NCBI GenBank assembly: GCA_964016885.1
Contig: OZ024743.1
Location: 41,292,001-41,356,000, forward strand
Source: Eledone cirrhosa
Lineage: Eukaryota
Direction: 5' to 3'
DNA length: 64,000 nucleotides
The notes beneath the pieces are model-generated. The model was not told the DNA's origin. It ran no database searches and saw nothing but the letters and a program-made list of their open reading frames with translations. Made by a program: the position numbers and the translations under genes. Positions 1 through 13,182 of this stretch are shown here, piece after piece (positions within the stretch are counted from its first letter, which is position 1; the number at the start of each line of letters is the position of its first letter).

Positions 1-408
1 TATTGTAAATTCATGCACAATATACCACAAATGGGGATCGACAGAGGAAGCTCGTAATTCAAGTATACGTACGTATATATGGCATTATGATATATGACAT
101 AAAGATATTGTTATTTTAAATGTATAGTATGTCTTATATGGTAAGTAGCTTATGGTAGAAGATTGATTACTTGTATATGAAAGTAGAGGCACAATTCCGT
201 TTTTCCACTTTAAATATATTATAATTATTTTCTATTAAATCAGAATTGCTAAGAAATGTTTGTGTTTTATTATATTCTAATACTTCACATGTTATACATA
301 GAACTTCCACCTATCAAATAATATTTATACACATACATACACTATATATATATATATCAGAAGGGTGAAAGCAGCGATTCTTTGCTTAAACTTTAATATG
401 TTATTTTA

Positions 409-474
<66 letters not shown>

Positions 475-560
475 ACATTTTTAAAGCCGACGGCAGAGCT
501 CAAGCCGTTTCGACGGCGTGAGCTCTGCCGTCAGGGTTTCGATGACAGCCATCATGTCAG

Positions 561-960
561 GTACACATGTTGTTGAAGTGTGTTTTACTCCGTCAATACA
601 TCGATATGTCCAGTTCCTGGTTGTGTTGTTATTCCTCTGAGGAACTGGAATAACAACACAACCAGGAACTGGACATATCGACGTATTGACGGAGTAAAAC
701 ACACATTAACCACATGAGTACTATCTTTTTACACCAATTCGGACTGCCTGAAGAAGTCACAGCCAATGATGGCAGTCACCGAAATATATATAGCAGTATA
801 TCTATAATTTATAATAACCGAAGCCACATTTTTCATATTTGACTTATTTTTTTACATTACTCAGGAGAAAACAGATCAACCTGCGTATTTCGTCGAGTGC
901 TCCAATCTGCATACTAGGGTGTCGGTAAACAACCAACATTTATTCGAAAAAGAAAAAAAA
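561..960 (+). mobile_element. Penelope-type pLTR/retrozyme fragment with fold-back 5' inversion (561-721) and an HHR
   Basis: 578-635 is the near-perfect reverse complement of 647-704 (extends to 561/721 with mismatches); followed by HHR at 743-797 and ends at an A-run/(TA)n. Confidence 0.6.
743..797 (+). ncRNA. Type I hammerhead ribozyme motif, stem II partly decayed
   Basis: actgc-CTGAAGA-a-gtcacagcca-atga-tggcagtcac-c-GAAA-tatata-TA-gcagt; stem I actgc/gcagt; two mismatches in stem II. Confidence 0.65.
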
Positions 961-1273
961 TATATATATATATATACATAAGCTCTTAAGCTACTTTGGT
1001 GATACACAGTACTAAAAACTCGGATTTAAGCACTTGCCAAAATTGTATAAGAAAATTAATTACGAAAATTTAAGACATTCAGACACAGTTGTAACCTTTC
1101 CTACACAACTGAAGAAAAAGAAAAAAAAACAATATATATCAATATATGCATCCACCTACTTTACAGAGATTTTGTATTCGTGATCCTAAGTATGCATATA
1201 TGTAACTGCACACAAACACACGAAAAATGATGTGGAATTGTCTATGTATGAGTGTATCTATCTATTTAATTTT

Positions 1274-1310
<37 letters not shown>

Positions 1311-1699
1311 TATATATATATACATATGTGTGTTTTCCAATCCCACATTTACCACCATTTAGAAGAATTACTTCAATATGAATGTATTATCACGTCACAT
1401 TGAACTGATAGTAAGTCTTACACCAAGTATATCATATAAACTCATAGAGTACACACACATATAGCCTGACATATTCGCAGTATGTGAAGCTCATTATTCA
1501 ATAACAATATATTATATCATATTATTTATTGATGTTTATACACGGAACAAAAGCGCTACCTGAGGTTTAAAGGCTCAGTATTGTCCATATCAACAGAATG
1601 TGATATTGATCAAAATTGAGACAAAATCTTTATGCGCTTATACGAATTTATCTTACATAGCTAGTAAGGGATGTTTTGTGTACTACAGAAAGTATGGCT

Positions 1700-2260
1700 G
1701 AAATAGCCACAAAAACAGTAGTGGTCCAAAGACAGTCCCTTGGGGCACCACACTTTTTACTAATGTTTCCTAAAAAATCAGGCGTCTGTCTTCTATGAAG
1801 TCTTACAGCCACCCACCTAATTGTCTAATATCATACAATAGTCGATATTGTCGAAGACCTTCACAATGTCGAGATATGTCGCATCCAGATTTGGGTGGTC
1901 CAGAAGCTGTATCAGTACCAAATCTTACTGATGTATAAGCCGTGTAAGGAAGCTTCAACTTGGGCTAAAGCCATGCTGGGTGTTAGCTAGGAAGTCATTT
2001 TCCGGGAGGAACCTGATCAGTTTCTCTGTTGATTCGTTCCATGATTTTACTGATATGTCAGATCAGGCAGACTGGTCTAAATTTGTTAGCCTCAGCTCGG
2101 TTACCTCCTTTATGCTTTTTGCCAAATGAGCAGTTTACCGCCAGCCATAGAACAGCTGATGAGTACCTTCGGTGAATTTACTAAGGGCTGCTGGGTTGTT
2201 TTGAGGAAGATTGATGGAAATTCAGCAGGTCCAGCAACTCAGTGTGCTTTCATATCTTGT
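1700..2260 (-). pseudogene. Decayed CR1/L2-group LINE reverse transcriptase fragment
   Basis: Minus strand gives FRPVCL (cf. YRPVSL), YLDIVKVFD (cf. YLDFxKAFD) and ggtgccccaagggactgtctttggaccactactg (VPQGTVFGPLL). Confidence 0.7.
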
Positions 2261-2598
2261 ATGATCGATATTACAAATTACTTCGTTATATTTATGATGT
2301 AAATGATCGCCAGTTCAGCGTGCATTGATGTGGCATTAGAGATATCATTTGGTATTGTTATTAACATGTGCCTCATTGCGGGGTAAAAACTATTGTGTAC
2401 TGTTAATTCCGTCTCTCATTTATCATCGGTCAGTGAGCCATTTCTATGAGAAAATGGAATATCCCTGCTATGTATCAACGGGGCTTCTTTCGTAAATTTA
2501 ACGAATGCTTCGTGGTTCGTGTTTTATTATCTATATAGCACTGAATTTTCTCACCAACCACCATTTTTCATGGGAAAGTGCAATTACAATTACGAGCA

Positions 2599-2635
<37 letters not shown>

Positions 2636-2738
2636 TATGTATTTTTCATAAATGTCTCACTTGCCAATGATATATGTATATATATATATATGACGAAGGA
2701 AATGTGGTAAGGAACCAGGTGCACCATAACGCACCAAA

Positions 2739-2825
<87 letters not shown>

Positions 2826-3141
2826 TATATAAATATAAATATATATATATAAATATATATAAATATATAAATATATATAAATATATATATATATATATAC
2901 ATATGTATACATAAATATATACATATATGTATACATATATATATACATATATATATACATATATATATACATATATATATACATATATATATATACATAT
3001 ATATATATACATATATATATACATATATATATATACATATATATATACATATATATACATATATATATACATATACATATATATATATATAAACATATAT
3101 ATATACATATACATATATATATACATATATATATACATATA

Positions 3142-4751
3142 CAGTGCCCCGCAAAAGTATACAACACATTAGGAAAAATGCGGTTTTAGGTATTTTTAAT
3201 AAAGTTAGGGTAATGAAAATTTAACTACTGATAGAACATATAATGAGGCATTTAATGATACAATTATATTTTTAAAAAAATAACAAGGTAATAACTCAAG
3301 AAGAAAAATCAATATTTTTATAACACAAAAGTTTACAACACATTTATTAAATCATCTCTTAATATTTTGTAGCGTAACCTTTGTTGCTAACTACAGCCTG
3401 TAGGCATTTGGAGTAGCCTCCTACAAACTTCTTGGCTAATATTTTTCCATTCTTCACAACAAATTTTCTTTAGTTCAGGGATATTTTGGGGTTTCCTTTT
3501 TTTGAATTCTGAGTTTCAGTTCTCTCCACAAATTTTTGATCGGGTTAAGATCTGGAGACTGACATGGCCATTTTAGAACATTTGTTCCATTCGTACTTAA
3601 CCAAGATTGTGTTAGCTTTGCAGTATGCTTTGGATCGTTGTCTTGTTGAAAAAACCAAACGGGCTTTAAGCTGAGAGAATGTGCACTTTGATGTAAATTC
3701 CTTTGCAAGATACTTCTATAATAAGCGCCATCCATTCTTCCTTCCATTATTTCAATATTTCCTACACCAGTGGTACTAAAGCAACCCCAGACCATAACTG
3801 ATCCACCTCCAAATTTTACAGTTGGAATAGTATTCTTCAGCGAATATTCAGTACCTTTCTTTCTCCAGACTTTTGCCACAGCATTTCGCCAAAAAGTTCA
3901 ATTTTTGTTTCGTCTGACCAAAGTACATCTTCCCAAAATGACGCAGGTTTGATGAGATGCTCATTTGCAAAGTTTAATCGACGAAGAACGTGTTTCCTCG
4001 TAAGAAGTGGTGTGTTCCTTGGAGACTTCGAGAAGATATATCGATGTAGTGAACGACTAATTGTATCTGTGCTCACTTTTACTCCACTTCCTTCTAGGTC
4101 ATCCTAAAGATTTTAATGAGTACACCGGGGTTCGTTGCCAAGCTTTCTCGTCAATAACCGAGCTGCACGTTCCGTTATCTTTCTATCTTTCTAGGACGAC
4201 CATAACTAATTACAGGACAGATGGAATGATGAGATTTCCAGTGACGAATTATAGTACCAACTGAACTCAATGGCACATTTAACTGACAAGATATCTTTCT
4301 ATAACCAACACTATTTGTATGAAGGTCTACAATGCGTTTACGGAGGTCTTGATCAATCAGTTTATTTTTCCCCATATTGTCAATGTTTACAGGATGGTTG
4401 TCAATGTTTGCAGGACTGTTGTCAGACAAATAATGACGTAATGTTTTTAATTATCCTTAGAAGTTACCTTAAACCTAATCTAGAACATTCTACTGAATTT
4501 TAAATCTGAAAATTTAAGAATTTTCTTGAAAAAGAGCGATAAATAGAAAATGTGTTGTAAATTTTACGTTATAAAAATATTGATTTTTCTTCATGAATTA
4601 TTTCCTTGTTATTTTTTTTAAAAATATGATTGGATCATTAAATGCCTCATTATGTGTTCTATCAGTAGTTACATTTTCATTACCCTAACTTTATTAAAAA
4701 TACCTAAAACCGCATTTTTCTTAACGTGTTGTAAACTTTTGCGGGGCACTG
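3142..4751 (-). mobile_element. Tc1-like DNA transposon, IR/DR type, 1610 bp, complete but decayed
   Basis: Ends CAGTGCCCCGCAAAAGT...ACTTTTGCGGGGCACTG, flanked by TA on both sides; ~200-bp TIRs (3142-3345, 4548-4751) with the direct repeat caaaagt(a/t)tacaacacatt at outer and inner ends. Confidence 0.95.
3359..4375 (-). pseudogene. Tc1 (DD34E-type) transposase, several frameshifts
   Basis: MGKNKLIDQDLRKRIVDLH N-terminus; WSDETKIELFG, GGGSVMVWGCF, FQQDNDPKH, SPDLNPIKNLW (catalytic E replaced by K); ends KGYATKY*. Confidence 0.92.
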
Positions 4752-4854
4752 TATATACACATATATATACACATATATATATATACATATATATACATAT
4801 ATATATACATATATAAATATATATATATACATATATATACATATATATATACAT

Positions 4855-4893
<39 letters not shown>

Positions 4894-4958
4894 CATATAT
4901 ATATACATATATATATATACATATATATATACATATATATATACATATATATATATAC

Positions 4959-5041
<83 letters not shown>

Positions 5042-5735
5042 CATATATATATATACATATATATATATATACATATATATATACATATATATATATACAT
5101 ATATATATATACATATATATATATACACATATATATATACACATATATATATATACATATATATATACACATATATATATATACATATATATATATACAC
5201 ATATATATATACACATATATATATACACATATATATATACACATATATATATATACATATATATATACACATATATATATACACATATATATATACACAT
5301 ATATATACATATATATATATACATATATATATACATATATATACACATATATATATACATATATATATATGTACATATAAATATACATATATATATATAT
5401 ACATATATATATATACATATATATATACATATATATATACATATATATATATACATATACATATATACATATATATATACATATATATATACATATATAT
5501 ATATACATATACATATATACATATATATATACATATATATATACATATATATATATACATATACATATATGTATATATATACATATATATATATATACAT
5601 ATACATATATATATATACATATATATATATATACATATATACATATACATATATATATACATATATATACATACATATACATATATGTATATATATATAC
5701 ATATACACATATATATATATACATATACATATATG

Positions 5736-5779
<44 letters not shown>

Positions 5780-6193
5780 CATATATACATATATATATAT
5801 ATACATATACATATATATATATACATATATATATACATATATGTATATATATATACATATATATATACATATACATATATGTATATATATATACATATAC
5901 ACATATATATATATATACATATATGTATATATATACATATATATATATATACATATACATATACATATATACATATATATATATAGATATACATATATAC
6001 ATATATATATATACATATACAGCTATACATATATATATATACATATACAGATATATATACATATATATATATATACAGCTATACATATATATATATACAT
6101 ATACAGATATATATACATATATATATATATATACATATGTGTATATATATATATACATATATATATACATATATATATATATATACATATGTG

Positions 6194-6227
<34 letters not shown>

Positions 6228-6295
6228 CATATGTGTATATATATATAAATATATATATATATATACATATATGTATATATATATATACATATATG

Positions 6296-6328
<33 letters not shown>

Positions 6329-6506
6329 ATACATATATATACATATATATATATACATATATATATATACATATATATATACATATATATATATATACAT
6401 ATATATATATACATATATATATACGTATATATATATACATATATATATATACATATATATATACATATATATATATACATATATATATATATACATATAT
6501 ATATAC

Positions 6507-6557
<51 letters not shown>

Positions 6558-6558
6558 C

Positions 6559-6643
<85 letters not shown>

Positions 6644-6648
6644 CACAT

Positions 6649-6742
<94 letters not shown>

Positions 6743-6744
6743 AC

Positions 6745-6778
<34 letters not shown>

Positions 6779-7028
6779 ACATATATATACATATATATAT
6801 ATTTATACATATATATATATATACATATATATATATACATATATATATACATATATATACATATATACATACATATATATATATATACATATATACATAC
6901 ATATATATATACATATATATATATATATACACATATATATACATATATATATATACATATATATATATATACATATATATATACATATATACACATATAT
7001 ATATACATATATATACATATATATATAC

Positions 7029-7071
<43 letters not shown>

Positions 7072-7098
7072 CATATATATATACATATATATATATAC

Positions 7099-7129
<31 letters not shown>

Positions 7130-7183
7130 CATATATATATACATATATATATATACATATATATATATCTATCTATACATATA
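4752..7183. repeat. Interrupted (TA)n microsatellite
   Basis: Continuous TA with TACA/TATG interruptions. Confidence 0.98.
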
Positions 7184-7342
7184 TAGGAACGACGGCTAAT
7201 TCTGGATTGAATTAGCCGTCGAAACGTCTTGAGCTCAGCCGTCGGGGTCTTAATTGTTCCTATTACCCACTCTACTACCATAAGTATTGAGTACTTTGGT
7301 GCGTTATGGTCCACCTCGTTCCTTACCACATTTCCTTCGTTA
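7184..7342 (+). mobile_element. Short dispersed element carrying the 3' half of an HHR (relatives at 485-535, 2691-2741, 39376-39519, 40667-40862, 43280-43298)
   Basis: Shared gaattagccgtcGAAACggcttgagctcagccGTCggggtc...ttggtgcgttatggtccacctggttccttaccacatttccttcgtta; copies lie in or beside (TA)n. Confidence 0.8.
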
Positions 7343-7361
7343 TACATATATATACATATAT

Positions 7362-7394
<33 letters not shown>

Positions 7395-7422
7395 TAAATA
7401 TAATCGATATATATATATATAT

Positions 7423-7470
<48 letters not shown>

Positions 7471-7484
7471 ACATATATATATAT

Positions 7485-7516
<32 letters not shown>

Positions 7517-7781
7517 ACGGAAAAAATGAAACGATATTTCATTTCCCACTCTTAGTACGGCTGTTACTTAAATATAAGTATGTACACGTACATACATATA
7601 TGTATACCGACGTACAGTAGTATGTATATATATATATACATACATGCACACATATATATATGCACGTATGGATTCACCGAACATTTATTATAATGCTCGG
7701 TGTGTTTGTAAACAAACATCCCGTATTAAGCCGTAGTGTCTAGCAACCACCGTTGCTCATTTGTTCAACACTGACAAAGGA

Positions 7782-7824
7782 ACGCTGTACTAGTTTCAAG
7801 CTTGTTAGCTATCGTCAGCAACGT
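7782..7824 (-). ncRNA. Type I HHR of the 422-bp monomer, left arm (also 8204-8246, 8625-8667, 9047-9089, 9469-9511)
   Basis: Minus strand acgttg-CTGACGA-t-agct-aaca-agct-t-GAAAC-ta-GTA-cagcgt. Confidence 0.85.
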
Positions 7825-10158
7825 ATACCTTCCTGCCAGATTGTTGAACGTATATACTTACCTTATGCATATTAACGGCTGAGTAGCCCAATATGCATAT
7901 CGAGTGGGTTAATCGGCCGGGTGCACCGAAAACGATAAACGGAAAAAATGAAACGATATTTCATTTCCCACTCTTAGTACGGCTGTTACTTAAATATAAG
8001 TATGTACACGTACATACATATATGTATACCGACGTACAGTAGTATGTATATATATATATACATACATGCACACATATATATATGCACGTATGGATTCACC
8101 GAACATTTATTATAATGCTCGGTGTGTTTGTAAACAAACATCCCGTATTAAGCCGTAGTGTCTAGCAACCACCGTTGCTCATTTGTTCAACACTGACAAA
8201 GGAACGCTGTACTAGTTTCAAGCTTGTTAGCTATCGTCAGCAACGTATACCTTCCTGCCAGATTGTTGAACGTATATACTTACCTTATGCATATTAACGG
8301 CTGAGTAGCCCAATATGCATATCGAGTGGGTTAATCGGCCGGGTGCACCGAAAACGATAAACGGAAAAAATGAAACGATATTTCATTTCCCACTCTTAGT
8401 ACGGCTGTTACTTAAATATAAGTATGTACACGTACATACATATATGTATACCGACGTACAGTAGTATGTATATATATATATACATACATGCACACATATA
8501 TATATGCACGTATGGATTCACCGAACATTTATTATAATGCTCGGTGTGTTTGTAAACAAACATCCCGTATTAAGCGTAGTGTCTAGCAACCACCGTTGCT
8601 CATTTGTTCAACACTGACAAAGGAACGCTGTACTAGTTTCAAGCTTGTTAGCTATCGTCAGCAACGTATACCTTCCTGCCAGATTGTTGAACGTATATAC
8701 TTACCTTATGCATATTAACGGCTGAGTAGCCCAATATGCATATCGAGTGGGTTAATCGGCCGGGTGCACCGAAAACGATAAACGGAAAAAATGAAACGAT
8801 ATTTCATTTCCCACTCTTAGTACGGCTGTTACTTAAATATAAGTATGTACACGTACATACATATATGTATACCGACGTACAGTAGTATGTATATATATAT
8901 ATACATACATGCACACATATATATATGCACGTATGGATTCACCGAACATTTATTATAATGCTCGGTGTGTTTGTAAACAAACATCCCGTATTAAGCCGTA
9001 GTGTCTAGCAACCACCGTTGCTCATTTGTTCAACACTGACAAAGGAACGCTGTACTAGTTTCAAGCTTGTTAGCTATCGTCAGCAACGTATACCTTCCTG
9101 CCAGATTGTTGAACGTATATACTTACCTTATGCATATTAACGGCTGAGTAGCCCAATATGCATATCGAGTGGGTTAATCGGCCGGGTGCACCGAAAACGA
9201 TAAACGGAAAAAATGAAACGATATTTCATTTCCCACTCTTAGTACGGCTGTTACTTAAATATAAGTATGTACACGTACATACATATATGTATACCGACGT
9301 ACAGTAGTATGTATATATATATATACATACATGCACACATATATATATGCACGTATGGATTCACCGAACATTTATTATAATGCTCGGTGTGTTTGTAAAC
9401 AAACATCCCGTATTAAGCCGTAGTGTCTAGCAACCACCGTTGCTCATTTGTTCAACACTGACAAAGGAACGCTGTACTAGTTTCAAGCTTGTTAGCTATC
9501 GTCAGCAACGTATACCTTCCTGCCAGATTGTTGAACGTATATACTTACCTTATGCATATTAACGGCTGAGTAGCCCAATATGCATATCGAGTGGGTTAAT
9601 CGGCCGGGTGCACCGAAAACGATAAACGGAAAAAATGAAACGATATTTCATTTCCCACTCTTAGTACGGCTGTTACTTAAATATAAGTATGTACACGTAC
9701 ATACATATATGTATACCGACGTACAGTAGTATGTATATATATATATACATACATGCACACATATATATATGCACGTATGGATTCACCGAACATTTATTAT
9801 AATGCTCGGTGTGTTTGTAAACAAACATCCCGTATTAAGCCGTAGTGTCTAGCCGTAGTGTCTAGCATTATAATAAATGTTCGGTGAATCCATACGTGCA
9901 TATATATATGTGTGCATGTATGTATATATATATATACATACTACTGTACGTCGGTATACATATATGTATGTACGTGTACATACTTATATTTAAGTAACAG
10001 CCGTACTAAGAGTGGGAAATGAAATATCGTTTCATTTTTTCCGTTTATCGTTTTCGGTGCACCCGGCCGATTAACCCACTCGATATGCATATTGGGCTAC
10101 TCAGCCGTTAATATGCATAAGGTAAGTATATACGTTCAACAATCTGGCAGGAAGGTAT

Positions 10159-10201
10159 ACGTTGCTGACGATAGCTAACAAGCTTGAAACTAGTACAGCG
10201 T
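10159..10201 (+). ncRNA. Type I HHR of the 422-bp monomer, right arm (also 10581-10623, 11003-11045, 11425-11467)
   Basis: acgttg-CTGACGA-t-agct-aaca-agct-t-GAAAC-ta-GTA-cagcgt; stem I extends through ctggcagg/tttgtcag and gttcaaca/tgttgaac; palindromic ACTAGT at stem III. Confidence 0.85.
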
Positions 10202-11677
10202 TCCTTTGTCAGTGTTGAACAAATGAGCAACGGTGGTTGCTAGACACTACGGCTTAATACGGGATGTTTGTTTACAAACACACCGAGCATTATAATAAAT
10301 GTTCGGTGAATCCATACGTGCATATATATATGTGTGCATGTATGTATATATATATATACATACTACTGTACGTCGGTATACATATATGTATGTACGTGTA
10401 CATACTTATATTTAAGTAACAGCCGTACTAAGAGTGGGAAATGAAATATCGTTTCATTTTTTCCGTTTATCGTTTTCGGTGCACCCGGCCGATTAACCCA
10501 CTCGATATGCATATTGGGCTACTCAGCCGTTAATATGCATAAGGTAAGTATATACGTTCAACAATCTGGCAGGAAGGTATACGTTGCTGACGATAGCTAA
10601 CAAGCTTGAAACTAGTACAGCGTTCCTTTGTCAGTGTTGAACAAATGAGCAACGGTGGTTGCTAGACACTACGGCTTAATACGGGATGTTTGTTTACAAA
10701 CACACCGAGCATTATAATAAATGTTCGGTGAATCCATACGTGCATATATATATGTGTGCATGTATGTATATATATATATACATACTACTGTACGTCGGTA
10801 TACATATATGTATGTACGTGTACATACTTATATTTAAGTAACAGCCGTACTAAGAGTGGGAAATGAAATATCGTTTCATTTTTTCCGTTTATCGTTTTCG
10901 GTGCACCCGGCCGATTAACCCACTCGATATGCATATTGGGCTACTCAGCCGTTAATATGCATAAGGTAAGTATATACGTTCAACAATCTGGCAGGAAGGT
11001 ATACGTTGCTGACGATAGCTAACAAGCTTGAAACTAGTACAGCGTTCCTTTGTCAGTGTTGAACAAATGAGCAACGGTGGTTGCTAGACACTACGGCTTA
11101 ATACGGGATGTTTGTTTACAAACACACCGAGCATTATAATAAATGTTCGGTGAATCCATACGTGCATATATATATGTGTGCATGTATGTATATATATATA
11201 TACATACTACTGTACGTCGGTATACATATATGTATGTACGTGTACATACTTATATTTAAGTAACAGCCGTACTAAGAGTGGGAAATGAAATATCGTTTCA
11301 TTTTTTCCGTTTATCGTTTTCGGTGCACCCGGCCGATTAACCCACTCGATATGCATATTGGGCTACTCAGCCGTTAATATGCATAAGGTAAGTATATACG
11401 TTCAACAATCTGGCAGGAAGGTATACGTTGCTGACGATAGCTAACAAGCTTGAAACTAGTACAGCGTTCCTTTGTCAGTGTTGAACAAATGAGCAACGGT
11501 GGTTGCTAGACACTACGGCTTAATACGGGATGTTTGTTTACAAACACACCGAGCATTATAATAAATGTTCGGTGAATCCATACGTGCATATATATATGTG
11601 TGCATGTATGTATATATATATATACATACTACTGTACGTCGGTATACATATATGTATGTACGTGTACATACTTATAT

Positions 11678-13168
<1,491 letters not shown>

Positions 13169-13182
13169 TAACTTTGAAAAAC

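Larger units (their letters stand above)
7515..11677. repeat. Palindromic tandem array of a 422-bp HHR-containing monomer (non-LTR retrozyme-like)
   Basis: Left-arm units start at 7515, 7937, 8359, 8780, 9202, 9624 (partial); orientation flips at ~9864; inverted units start at 10047, 10469, 10891, 11313 (partial). The only difference I saw between units is a 1-bp deletion near 8575. Confidence 0.95.

Noticed and set aside
2155-2200. CTGATGA followed by a short hairpin
   Set aside because: No GAAA box or stem III; lies on the antisense strand of a decayed LINE RT
7515-11677. CRISPR array or tRNA/5S cluster
   Set aside because: No variable spacers, no cas genes, no cloverleaf or 5S similarity; whole units are identical
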